The notes under the pieces: model-generated | Database searches by the model: none | The model's input: the letters and a program-made list of their open reading frames with translations, nothing else | Told to the model about the DNA's origin: nothing | Shown here: positions 1 through 10,812 of the stretch, one piece after another | How positions within the stretch are numbered: position 1 is the stretch's first letter | How the letters are laid out: every line of letters starts with the position of its first letter | From: Saccostrea cucullata | Taxonomy: Eukaryota | Direction: 5' to 3' | DNA: 64,000 bases | NCBI RefSeq assembly: GCF_032062105.1 | Contig: NW_026937075.1 | Location: 434,001 to 498,000, forward strand | Position numbers and translations under genes: made by a program

Positions 1-3000
1 ATAATAAACAATTGTGGGTGATGCTGCTGGAAAAGGCGGCAGCCAAGCTTCACGGAGGATACAGGGCTTTATATTCTGGTCTGGTAGTGGAGTCACTGGC
101 CCTGTTGACTGGGGAACCTTGTAAACACATTGACCTTGGAGGTTTGTTTTGCTCATTCAGTCATTGCAGTACTATAGTCCATTTTACTTCATACAGTGTA
201 TGTCAGCTAGAGCCATGAGTCACTCGGACTGTCTATTACTAACTTCTTTTGTCATGCATAGCAACAATAAATGATTTGGTTAAAAGTATTTATGAGTAAA
301 AAAAATACATGATTGAATTTCATGATCTTTACTGTGTAGGCATCAAAACCATCCATATCGATGCAATTTTTGAAAATAAACGTATTGTATACCTGTTTGC
401 TTGGTTATGAAAAGAAAGAAATTCTTATAGTTAATTGTCATAATTTATATTTTGAAGGAGAGGATATTCAGAAAAAAGATGACAAGAAACTGAAGATAGA
501 TCCAGATAAGCTTTGGGAGGATCTAAAGAACTGGAGAGCATCAAGGTAGCATTTCCTAGCATACTCTATGCACACAAACTAGATTCACTTTTTGCATAAA
601 ATGGCCTTTTCCTTTTACCAATTAACTGACAAGTCTCTATGTTTCATTTCAAATACATGTTTTAAGGTACTTACTTGGAGTCAGCACCTTCCCAAAACTT
701 GCTCATGAGGAACTTGTAGAAGCCCACTGTTATCCTATCTTGGACATAGAAGAGACAGCAGATGGCAAAAGGTATTTGAGGACAAAAATTTTCTTTTATT
801 CTTCTGTAAAAATTGAAATTATGTTAAAGATGAATAGGTGATTTATGTTCTAAATTCACCAGTTCAAACGAACATGAATTATTTATAAATAAAACTCAAA
901 AACACTTTATATAGGATGAGCTCGCATGCGCGAGTGCAACAGACTTTAATGAAGTGTATACAGTATACAAAGCACAGTCTTTAGTTTAACTTCTGAAATC
1001 CAAATCATTCTACAAAAGAAAAAGAAACAAATAAAGCGACAGTCAACATTAAAACGAACATTTTAACATGTTCAGTATATCGATCATACTGGAAGGGGTG
1101 GGTGGGGCGGGGGATAAGTCTGTTGCAATGTAGCAGCGAACTTCAAATAACTTAAAACACCTGAAAATCTACCTTATACGTGACTGAATCATGAGTAGCA
1201 CGGATTCAACCTATTCACCCGTAAACAAATAAACAACCAATCGATCTCCTTTATCGATGGCCTTAATCTGCATACAAAACAAACACACGTGTTTTACCAT
1301 AACTTTTATAAATATATTTATGTTCTAAATTCACCAGTTCAAACGAACATAAATTATTTATAAATAAATTTCAAAAACACTTTATATAGGATGAGTCGCA
1401 TGCGCGAGTGCAACAGACTTCGACGATAAAGAAAGCATTGACATAAAATTATCAAAATGTATATGACCCCACCCTTAGATATCAAGACTTCAAGGTAATC
1501 CAATTATTACTTATTTCAAACCAGGCCTTGAATAATTGAAAATTATAAAAATGTCGCAGAATTCTCAAAGTGATGCCAAACCCACATTTTTACTTAATAC
1601 ATTTGAGAACTTGCTTTATTTTTAGCTTTATGATCTTAACTTAAAAAAAAGATAAACAAGAAACATAGCCAAGTCCCAGGACTTTGGTGAATTCTAAATG
1701 CCGAGTCCGGATCAGGAATTTGTTAGTCCGGGACGTCGGGCTTGGGGAATTTTGAACCCCTGTTAGAAACAGTGGAACTTTGTTCATAATTGCTACCAAA
1801 TACCAAGCCATCATATGGATATAAAATTATATATACATGTACCAGGTACGTACGTGCATTAATTACTACCGTGACTTTACTAGAATTATACTCATTCTCA
1901 AGTAACACATGTATATATATTTATTATTTTTTCTTTTCTTTTTTTTTTTTTTTTTACAAAGCTAAATTCAAGCTGAAAAACGGACATTAATCTGTGTCCA
2001 AATGCTTACCAGATTCTCTGTTCTGCGCGTGCCTCGTCTGCTGTTTGTTGTTTTAAGTAAGCTTACATAGTCCTATGGTCTATGAGGCTTAGTAACAATG
2101 AAAGAAACAAAACTGGCAGAAGATTAGACGTTGGCAAACGTTTTAATCACTCAAGCTTTCAGGAATTACGATTAACAGAATAAAATTTTGTTGCCTTAAT
2201 GTGAAAGACACAGAGTGAGCTTGTGGTCCCGTTGTACCGTGTCATTAATAATATAAACAGTGTTTTTAAATTCTAATGTTATTTTTATACTTTCATTCTT
2301 TCTTTGAGAAAGTCGCAAATAAGAAATTACCAGTTTATAGCTGCACCTTCAAATGTGCCAATTTTTCCCCACATGGAATCCAAACGTGTAAAATGCAGAA
2401 CCTGCTCTATTTGTGTTGTGGATAATCAGCAACTGTTTCTACATGAAGCTAAGTGCTATATTAAATATAAATCTGATTTGTAGATTAAGCGATACATAAT
2501 CTTTTTGCAATGTAGCAGCGAACAATAACAAAATCAATTTCTACCTTTTACGTGACTTTATCACTGTAGCACAGATTTTAACCTATTCACCCGTAAACAA
2601 ATAAACAACCAATCGATCTCCTTTATCGATGGACTTAATCTGCATACAAAACAAACACACGTGTTTTACCATAACTTTTATAAATATATTTATTTTGTAT
2701 CTCCACACAAAGCCATTAAAATGCATTTAGCATGAATAAATTAGCATAATTAGATGAAATTCTTTATGTGTTAAAAAGATAAATGTATTTTTACAGACAC
2801 GTGGAGTATTATATACATGTATGCTGAATATATATGTCAAGTGCCTTTAGTGAATGCATTTTGCTATAAAAGTGAATAATATTACAGTAAACTTGAGAAA
2901 CAATTCATTCACTAATTACATTAAATTCAAGAAACTATCTTTATTAATAAATTACATGTACTATTTTTATAAAATATATTCATGGAATATAAATTAGATA

Positions 3001-6000
3001 TGACTGTATAGTGTATACCTGTATTAAAAGTCCCTTTTTCACACAGACTGATGAAGCTGTGGACCTCCCCTGACCATCATCACTGTATCACAGGTTGTCT
3101 ACGGAACTCTTCTTTACAGAAAGATAAAAAGAAGCTCCTCCGCAATCTCAAGAAAGGAGAATTCTGGATTTTATTTGAAGAAGAATTTATGAAGTAAGAC
3201 ACAATATTTTTTCACTTTGAAATATTAATTTTGTTGCTTTAATTATACCGTATTTATCATGTCCATCTTCTGTCTGTCCTTCCATCACACTTTGCTTTTA
3301 GTTCACTTTCAATGAAACTTTTCAAGATATAAAACTTGGCATGCTGATATGCACTGTTGAGAACTATATTCAAGTACATCTGCATTTTCTTTTTACCTTT
3401 GACCTTAAACTTATTTTCTTAAATAAGTGTTTAGCTCAGTTTGAATGTCAGAAACTATCCGTGTGTAAGTTGTTTTTTATCATTTGAAGTTCCAGGTGCT
3501 TTAATTCCCTGTCTGTGTGTAAGACAGAGGCTGGGTGGTTCGAGTCCAGATTTAAGGGCGTGTTCCTCCCAGAACTCAGTGATGACTGGAAGTATTACAG
3601 CTTCAGACTGACCATGGATACCAAACTAAAGCTCTCTCTCTTCCAGAAAAGCATGAGGTACTGCAGAAGGATTTATAATGGCAGATGTTTTAATTTTGTT
3701 TATTTTTCCAATCCAGGACGCTATATTCATTCAAACATTATTTATCTCTTCAGTGTCATTTAATGACATTTTAACATAACTTGACAAGTTGACATTTTAG
3801 CACATATTTTTCCAATTCTTTCTAAAAAAAAAAATCACAATTTTATTGGATTGAGAAAATTGCAAAAAAAAATGTATTTCACCCAATACAGTTTCCTTCA
3901 TCAAATTAAACATTACTAGAAAGTATATATAAATATATAATTGAAATAAATTGGGTCAAAGAGAAACTTGATAGTATACTATTAATGGTGCTCTCTGCAG
4001 TTAAAGTCATTATTTAATCTCTTCTAGAGGATCTGGGATACAGGTAGAAGAGTTTGTAGATTTGCTGATCATGGTACTACAGAACCATGTGGATGGATCA
4101 GGACTTCCCTTTAAACAGGCCCCACTATTTAGTCGCGTGATGGAATACAGTGAGAGGCGAGCTCGCGGTCTCACCACGTGTGAGGTGGATCTAGCCCCAG
4201 GAAGCTATACTGTCGCATGCTTTTCTTTTGGAAAATTAAGACAAGGTTAAAACTATTATGAAATAACTAAATAAGCTGATTATCTATTGTAATTTTTTTA
4301 ACTAATTTTGTTGTAAACGTATAAATTTGAATCACTACTTCTGAAAGGCAATGGGGCATTATTCAATCATTTATGCAGAAAGGTATGAAGTACATTGCAT
4401 GTTTTTTAATGTCTTAATTTTTCTTCTTTTTCTCTCTTAATTGCACTTACTTTCTCAACTTGTTTTGAGCATTCTATTCTGAAAAAAAAAAATCCTATCA
4501 AAATGCTGTCAAAAGCAGTAATTACTAAGTTAATGGTTTAATGCATTTGTTAAGGATCAATTAAGTACAGGTAACATAACATCAAAAGTTTTAGTGAACC
4601 AAACTTTTCTTAAATTCAAAACTAGTATAATAAAATGATTTCTCTTTATGCACTCAAACTAGTATTTCTTCCAAGAAGACAAAAATTTGTATTATTATGT
4701 GTAACATTCTAAAGTGATGAGAGAAAAACATTTATAGGGGAGTTGCAATCTTATTAAAATGCTGTTTAAAAAATGTTTTCACTTTTTCAAATACTGTTTT
4801 TCCATAATTTTGTGGAATCTCAATTTCTGTTTAATCTGCATGTAGGAAATTATGCAAATTTCTTAGACTGTCACTATATGTCTTACATTTATTTTAAGTA
4901 CGCTTGAACAAATTTCCATGGAAAATTTGTGACCACATACGTAGTGTAAATTTATACCTTGCGGTAAAAAGTACTTCTACAGTATATGTTTGCTCTGCTC
5001 CTCAAATGATACTCTACTCATGTTTTTCAACTTCTAAACACTCTTTTGTTGTACATATTTTGACTGGTTTGATGGTTGTTTATTAAACACCTTAATTAAC
5101 AGGTGGTGATGAGTACACTGATGGCGACTATGTTAACTACACACTGAGCATACACAGCTCTGTCCAGCTATTATTTATGGATGAATGTGAAGTCAATCCT
5201 AAAAGTTTTCCTGAGCTCAGATATGCCCCTGCTGATGCTTTTATTACTCTAGCCAAACAGTGCAGGGTCGAAGAAAAATATGACACAGAGAAATTACAAA
5301 GTGATGTTCGACTAAGTACGGTAAGATTTCAGTGGTTTTATAGACTTAAAGCGATTTTTGTTTAGGTCATCTGTGTCTCAAGACTTATTGCTACATGTTT
5401 TCTTCATTCCTACTGTGACAGTCAAAAGTTTGCTATATAAAATGGTTATTGCAACCATTCAGTATACTATAGATATTACATCATGTAATAGTTATGTAGA
5501 CACTTAGAGGAGTAATACAATGTATGTGGGGTCCTTGGAAAAATGCATACTGGGCGAGGCGTAAGCGGAGCCCAATATGTATTTTTTGTGTAACCCCTCT
5601 AAGTGTCTTCATAACGAATTTATCCTGTCGAAGATTTCTTAATATAGTTCACACTTTTTCTGAGTTAGCTAACAGTTCCGTAACAATTGTTTACAGCTGT
5701 ACATTGTGACGTCATTTAATGTATATTATATAAGTGGATTATTTTCGTAGTTTTCATTGGCTGAAAGGACGTCACATGACATTCCTCCTTTTGCGATAGC
5801 CATGTGAAAGCGCGTCCGCGGAAAATGATATCACACGGCACGCCATTCGGTTGCACTGAAGTTACGTAGAACGTGACGTCATAATAAAAGAAACGTGAAT
5901 TTAACCATTGTGACGTAATGACAGCCAAGTCCGTTGTGTTAGGACTGTGTCGGTGCATTCACTTTTAGTGATTATGTAATATAACTATTATCAACTTCAG

Positions 6001-9000
6001 TGAACGGTCAATATGTGGTTATAAGGACTCATGGCAATTGATATTGACCTCAGACACAGAAAATGATAGCGACCTCGCAGGCTCGGTTGCTATCACTTTC
6101 TGTGTCTTCGTTCAATATCAATTGCCATGAGTCCTTATAACCACATATCGACCTACACTGAAGTCCATAATTGTATATTACTGTAAATCACATTTTATTC
6201 GCGAGAACTTAATTTTCGCGTAATTATGTGAGTCAAGAAGCTCGCGAACATTTCATTCTCGTATTTAAAAGTATTCCTTACGATTATATAGAGGAAAAAC
6301 AACAATAAGTGAAAATTATGTCTCGCTAATAAAGAGTCAATGACTTTCTCGCGAAAATAAGGTGTCGCGAAAATATAGTGATCTACAGTATATGACGTCA
6401 GCTATTCGGCATGTTCAATATTGATGTGTGGTAGGTTGGTCACGTGGAGGGGGGACATTAGTAATATGAGGTTGGTAGACAGCATAACATCGTTTCCTGC
6501 AGTATTCTTCTCGATCAATGAAATTTCAAGATTTTTATCAGAGGCAGGATAAAATATTATGGACCCTTGGTTCATTATTAGCTCTTCCGAGCCAAAGGCT
6601 CCAAGAGCTAATGCTATGGCCATTTGTGCGGTGTGCGTCGTGCAGTGTGCGTTAACGTTTTAGAATATGGGCCATAACTCAAGAACCCCTTGGCCAATTA
6701 TTGTCAAATTTGTCACAGGGTATCCTTGGCCCAAGGGCTACCATTTATACTAAAATTAGGGGTGGGACCCTAAAAGAAGGGGAGATAATCACGAAAATAA
6801 AACCAAAGTACTGGTTGCTAAAAAATCTTCTTCTCCAGAACCACCAGGCAGATTTTCACCAAACTTACATACAAGGGTCAGGATATGTTGAAGATTAAAA
6901 ATTGTTCAAGGCATGACCCTGGGGCAAAGGGCATGGTCTCAAGGTCACTTCAAAGTTGACCAAAATTTACACTTATTAAAGACTTTGACATTTTGCTTAC
7001 TATAAAGACTAGGATCATCAAATCTTGTAAGTTGATGCATCTCAGGATTTGACATCATGTTGATACAAAAATAGGTCACGATGACCTACTTTTTAAATTT
7101 TACGGGCTTTTGTTTTCAAATTGATTTGGAGGCATGTTTTGGACACTTTAAGGCTTATGATCATAAAACTTTGTCAGTTGGTGCATCTTGGGTCCACAAA
7201 CAACATCAATTTAAAAGTAGGTCATCGTGACCTACTTTTTGAATTTTATGGCTAATCTTTTCTAAAACATTTAATCCCATTATTTCAGACACCGATAGGT
7301 TTAGAATCACCAAATCTTGTAAGTTGATGCATCTAGAGGCCTTCAAACATATTTATCAAAAAGTAGGTCACTGTGACCTACTTTTTTAACTTTGCAAGCA
7401 TTTGTTTTCAAATTGTTTTAAAAGGCATATTTTGAATACTATTAGACCTATGATCATCAAATTTTGTCAGTCGATGCATCTTTAGTCTTCAAAAAATTTC
7501 GACCACAAAGTAGGTCACTGTGACCTACTTTCGACATTTCATGGTTAGATTTAAGTATCTCGGGTACTAATTGGCTTAGAATCATTAAAATTTGTCAGTT
7601 GACGCATCTTGGGTTTTCGAAAATTAACGACCAAAAAGTAGGTCACAGTGACCTACTTTTGACATTTTATGGCTATATTTTAGTATCTCAGGTACTTATT
7701 GGCTAAGAATCATCAAGCTTTTTCATTCAATGCGTCTTGGGTTTTCGGAGCATTTCGACCAAAAAGAAGGTCACAGTGACCTATTTTTGACAATTTATGG
7801 ATAGTTTTATGTATCTCAGGTACTAATTTGTTTAGAATCATCAAATTTTGTCATATTTGATGCATCTAAGGTTTTCGGAGCATGTTGACCAAAAAGTAGG
7901 TCACAATGACCCACTTTTGAATATTTCAGGTACTGATTGGCTTAGAATCATCAAACTTTGTCAGTAGATGCATCTTGGGTTTTCAGAGAATGTCGACCAA
8001 AAAGTAGGTCACAGTGACCTACTTTTGTCATTTTATGGCTATATTTAGGTATTTTGGGTACTTATTGGTTTAAAATCATCAAACGTTATTATTTGTTGCA
8101 TCTTGGGTTCTCGGAGAATGATGATCAAAATATAGGTTACAGTGACCTACTTGTGACATTTATGGCTATATTTAAGTATTCTAGGGTACTTATTGACTTA
8201 GAATTGTCAAACTTTGTCAGTTTATGCACCTTGGGTTTTCGAAGAATGTTGACCAATAAGTAGGTCACTTTGACCCACTTTTGAATATCTCAAGTACTTA
8301 TTGACTTAGAATCATCAATCTTTGTCCATTAATGCATCTTGTGTCCTCAGAAAATTTCAATCAAAAAGTAGGTCACCATGACCTACTTATAGTATTTTAG
8401 AGTTACATCTAAATATCTTCAGCCCTAACTGGCTAAGAATCATCAAACTTTGTCAGTTGATGCATCTTGGGTCATAGGATAGATTATATAATTTATCAGA
8501 AGAGCGATTCAAGGCCCTTGGGCCTCTTGTTTTATTTGGGTTTCATTATACAGCAGCTAAAGAGTGAATCAGGATTCGAAATATTATGTGATAAATTGAA
8601 CTGAGTTCAGATAATTACACTACATCTCTCATTAGTGGTAATGGTTTTCTTTCAGGTTGAGGATGGTGTCTATTGCGTGATGTTCATGTTTTATGGAGAA
8701 ATATGTGTGTTTATTAATGAGACTCGTGGAGGGTATGGTTATACGAGGTATTATGGTCAAAGTGCATACCTTGTGTCCTTGAGACAAAAAATGAAAACAG
8801 CAGATTTCATTCCAGCAAACTCGGGGTAAGATATGTTCAGATGATTTTTCAGAATAGGGATTATTCCCCTTTTTGATTATTAGAATTTTTATAATGTTTG
8901 GTAGGTCTGTAGACCACTGAGGAAAATTTTACTTTATAGTATGTATTTTATTTAGTGGCATAGAGAGAAACTCTTTTTCATGAAATAAAAAGTCAAAGTT

Positions 9001-9546
9001 AAGTTCCACATTAAACTGATAATCCAGAAGTGTACATCCAAAGATGCAACATTTAGCAATTTTAATTATATTGGGCTGGTAGTTAATTAGGAATAGCCTT
9101 TTCCAAAACTTCAAACTAGTCATTCATCAAGAAAATGTAATTTTGACCTCGTGCTCAATAGAGGTCTTTTTTAAGCTATAAGAAGTTGTGTAAAATTTCA
9201 TCACTAAAGCTCAAAGGCTTCTTGAGATATCATGTGGAGAAAAAATTGTATTATAAGAAAAAAATAAATTGCATGGATGGCTATGGTAACATTTTAGAGG
9301 TTCAACTGTACTAGTGTTTCTTCATTGCAATGAATCTAATTATAGAAAATTGACAAGAGAAAGTTTTTCTTTTACAGACGAGTTATAAATATAGTAACCC
9401 CTATGGACCCACTGACAGATTGGGTTGTAGCTGCTCAAAAGAATGGACGCCCAGTGACAGAGGAATTCATAAGCGATCCTTCAATCCCCAAAACCCTGGA
9501 GGGTCTCCTCAAAGCAAGGCCTTTCCCCGAGATCACAAAGCATTAA
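1..9546 (+). CDS. Calpain-15/SOL (calpain-D)-like protein, 5'-truncated by the window; exons <1-141, 458-545, 667-771, 3047-3193, 3496-3657, 4028-4245, 5103-5320, 8656-8825, 9378-9546
   Basis: Exon 1 reads [40 protein letters not shown], matching the calpain CysPc LW..LLEKA.AKLHG.Y..L..G...E.L..LTG motif in the SOL-type form TGxPC. Exon 3 has the His motif ([11 protein letters not shown]) and exon 4 has GEFWI. Later exons resemble the C2-like/SOL-homology tail ([38 protein letters not shown]-stop). All introns are GT-AG, and phases (1,2,2,2,2,1,0,2) join into one open frame ending at TAA 9544-9546. It is probably a divergent paralogue, so no symbol is given. Confidence 0.85.
841..1320. mobile_element. 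Unclassified non-autonomous element, short copy (unit A of a head-to-tail tandem pair) in calpain intron 3
   Basis: 841-946 recurs at 1316-1420 and 1123-1320 recurs at 2505-2692. There is an internal inverted repeat TGCAACAGACTT (~935-946) / AAGTCTGTTGCA (~1116-1127) and a palindrome CTCGCATGCGCGAG. Confidence 0.6.
1316..2692. mobile_element. Unclassified non-autonomous element, long copy (unit B of the tandem pair)
   Basis: It has the same ~105-bp left end and ~190-bp right end as 841-1320, but a different ~1.1-kb interior. Confidence 0.6.
4795..4982. mobile_element. TA-flanked MITE (Tc1/mariner-type), family also at 34597-34798 and 53614-53792
   Basis: The three dispersed copies share ...AATTTCTGTT...AATTATG.AGATTTC.TAGA.TG... 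and the end AAAAAGTACTTCTACAG|TA. Confidence 0.7.
5480..6178. mobile_element. Unclassified element with two terminal long hairpins (5491-5615 and 5994-6164)
   Basis: GTTATGTAGACACTTAGAGG...AAAAATGCATACTGGGC pairs with GCCCAATATGTATTTTT...CCTCTAAGTGTCTTCATAAC. ACTTCAGTG...GGTCAATATGTGGTTATAAGGACTCATGGCAATTGATATTGA...GACACAGAAAATGATAGCGACC pairs almost perfectly with 6085-6164. The interior is CpG-rich with several TGACGTCA-like palindromes. Confidence 0.65.
6181..6388 (+). mobile_element. TA-flanked MITE; inverted copy at 10098-10305
   Basis: TA|CTGTAAATCAC.TTTTATTCGCGA ... TCGCGAAAATATAGTGATCTACAG|TA gives terminal inverted repeats with a TA duplication. Confidence 0.8.
6575..8532 (+). mobile_element. 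Helentron-associated non-autonomous element (HINE/CvA-like) carrying an internal satellite array
   Basis: The 5' end is TTATTAGCTCTTCCGAGCCAAAGGCTCCAAGAGCT plus a GTGCGT-type microsatellite. The 3' end has the complementary GAAGAGC, a palindrome AGGCCCTTGGGCCT and ...CTTGTTT, inserted in T-rich DNA. Tandem repeats lie between the ends. Confidence 0.8.
6990..8475. repeat. Tandem array of ~11 units (146/128/108 bp), each with the palindrome AAAAGTAGGTCACAGTGACCTACTTTT
   Basis: The TAGGTCA anchor (or a one-base variant) falls at 7072, 7218, 7364, 7511, 7639, 7767, 7897, 8005, 8133, 8261 and 8369. Units also share GAATCATCAAA.TTTGTCAGTTGATGCATCTTGGG. Confidence 0.9.
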
Positions 9547-9550
9547 AATG

Positions 9551-9769
9551 CTGTAAACCAACTTTTATTCCTGTGCAAGAAATTTTTGCGTGGTTCACGA
9601 GACCCTCGTCATTGCGAATATTTCTTGCCATGAACCGGTTCCTAGAGTCTCTTTCTCTATCGACAATGGATCCAACAAAAGGCTTTATTCTGAAAATTAA
9701 TTGTCGCAAACAAGTTTACCCCCCGAAAATCACAAAATAAAGTTATCACAATTAAAAGTCGGTTTACAG
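9551..9769. mobile_element. MITE immediately after the calpain stop codon
   Basis: TIRs are CTGTAAACCAACTTTTATT / AATTAAAAGTCGGTTTACAG|TA. Confidence 0.7.
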
Positions 9770-10097
9770 TACTTTGATTTAGTCATATGAGCCATTTCTG
9801 TGTAACTTTGAGTGTGGTGCATTTGTATAACTCACTGGGTATATTTTCTCTCTTATTTGCTCACTCTCATTCACATTTGACTCAAAGAGTGTCATTATGA
9901 TAATGGGTAGAGATGTCTGAACAAAGTTAAATACATTTCAATTTTGTACATTTTAAAGAGAACTTTTTGGTAGATGTACCCGCTACATGTATTAGATTTA
10001 GATGAATTACTTGACTTGTTACTTTAGTTGTTACTTTCAACTAAAACCAGGAGTAAATATCCCTCTAAAGGGCATTATGTCAGGTCTTTCTGGACTA

Positions 10098-10305
10098 CTG
10101 TAGATCACTAAATTTTCGCGACCCCTTATTTTCACGAGATAGTCATTGACTCTTGATTAGCGAAACAAAATTTTCACGAATTGTGGTTACTGCTCTATAT
10201 AATCTTAAGGAATACTATTATAGGCGAGAATTTAATGTTCGCGAGCACACTGTCTCACATAATTACGTGAAAATAAGGTTCTCGCGAATAAAAAGTGATT
10301 TACAG
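10098..10305 (-). mobile_element. TA-flanked MITE, inverted copy of 6181-6388
   Basis: TA|CTGTAGATCACTAAATTTTCGCGAC ... TCGCGAATAAAAAGTGATTTACAG|TA. The interior (TCATTGACTCTT.ATTAGCGA) is the reverse complement of that in 6181-6388. Confidence 0.8.
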
Positions 10306-10646
10306 TAAGTGATTGTATTTGAAATTCCTCTTTTGCCCAGTTCATACCTCACATTTAAGTAATATGTTTTGAGCTGAAAGATGAAAGTTATTAAGTTAAG
10401 TCATAAGATTCTAAATCGAATGACAATATATAAGTGTATGTTAGTTCCTAGTTTTACCCACATTTTCTTTTCTCTTGACCTAATCTTCAGTGCACACCAG
10501 ATTTATGAGTAGTAAAGATGACACATCATAATCTGATTTTGAGCAATTCTTATTGTGTAGATTCCTTATATAATATTCTTTCATATTTTTAATACAAGTA
10601 CATTGATATAAAGTTCTCCAGAAAGTTGTGCAGGAACTAGAAAATA

Positions 10647-10812
10647 CAGTAAAACCTGCTTATAATGAGATTTTATGGATGGACATCTTGCTTCATCATG
10701 AATATAATTTGCTATTTCAGTCAGCTTCACAATAAATTAAAAAAAATATATATGAAATCATGTCATTGTAAGCATCAATTGTAGGAGTGTTTGCTATAAG
10801 CATGTTTTACTC
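10647..10812. mobile_element. Degenerate TA-MITE
   Basis: TA|CAGTAAAACCTGCTTATA ... TATAAGCATGTTTTACT form an inverted pair. Confidence 0.55.

Noticed and set aside
6990-8475. CRISPR-like array of regularly spaced palindromic repeats
   Set aside because: The intervening sequences are homologous to each other rather than unique spacers, there are no cas genes, and the array sits within a eukaryotic HINE in an intron.
9420-9740. 106-aa ORF starting MGCSCSK (myristoylation-like)
   Set aside because: The start is TTG, it is an alternative frame of the last calpain exon, and it runs into a MITE.
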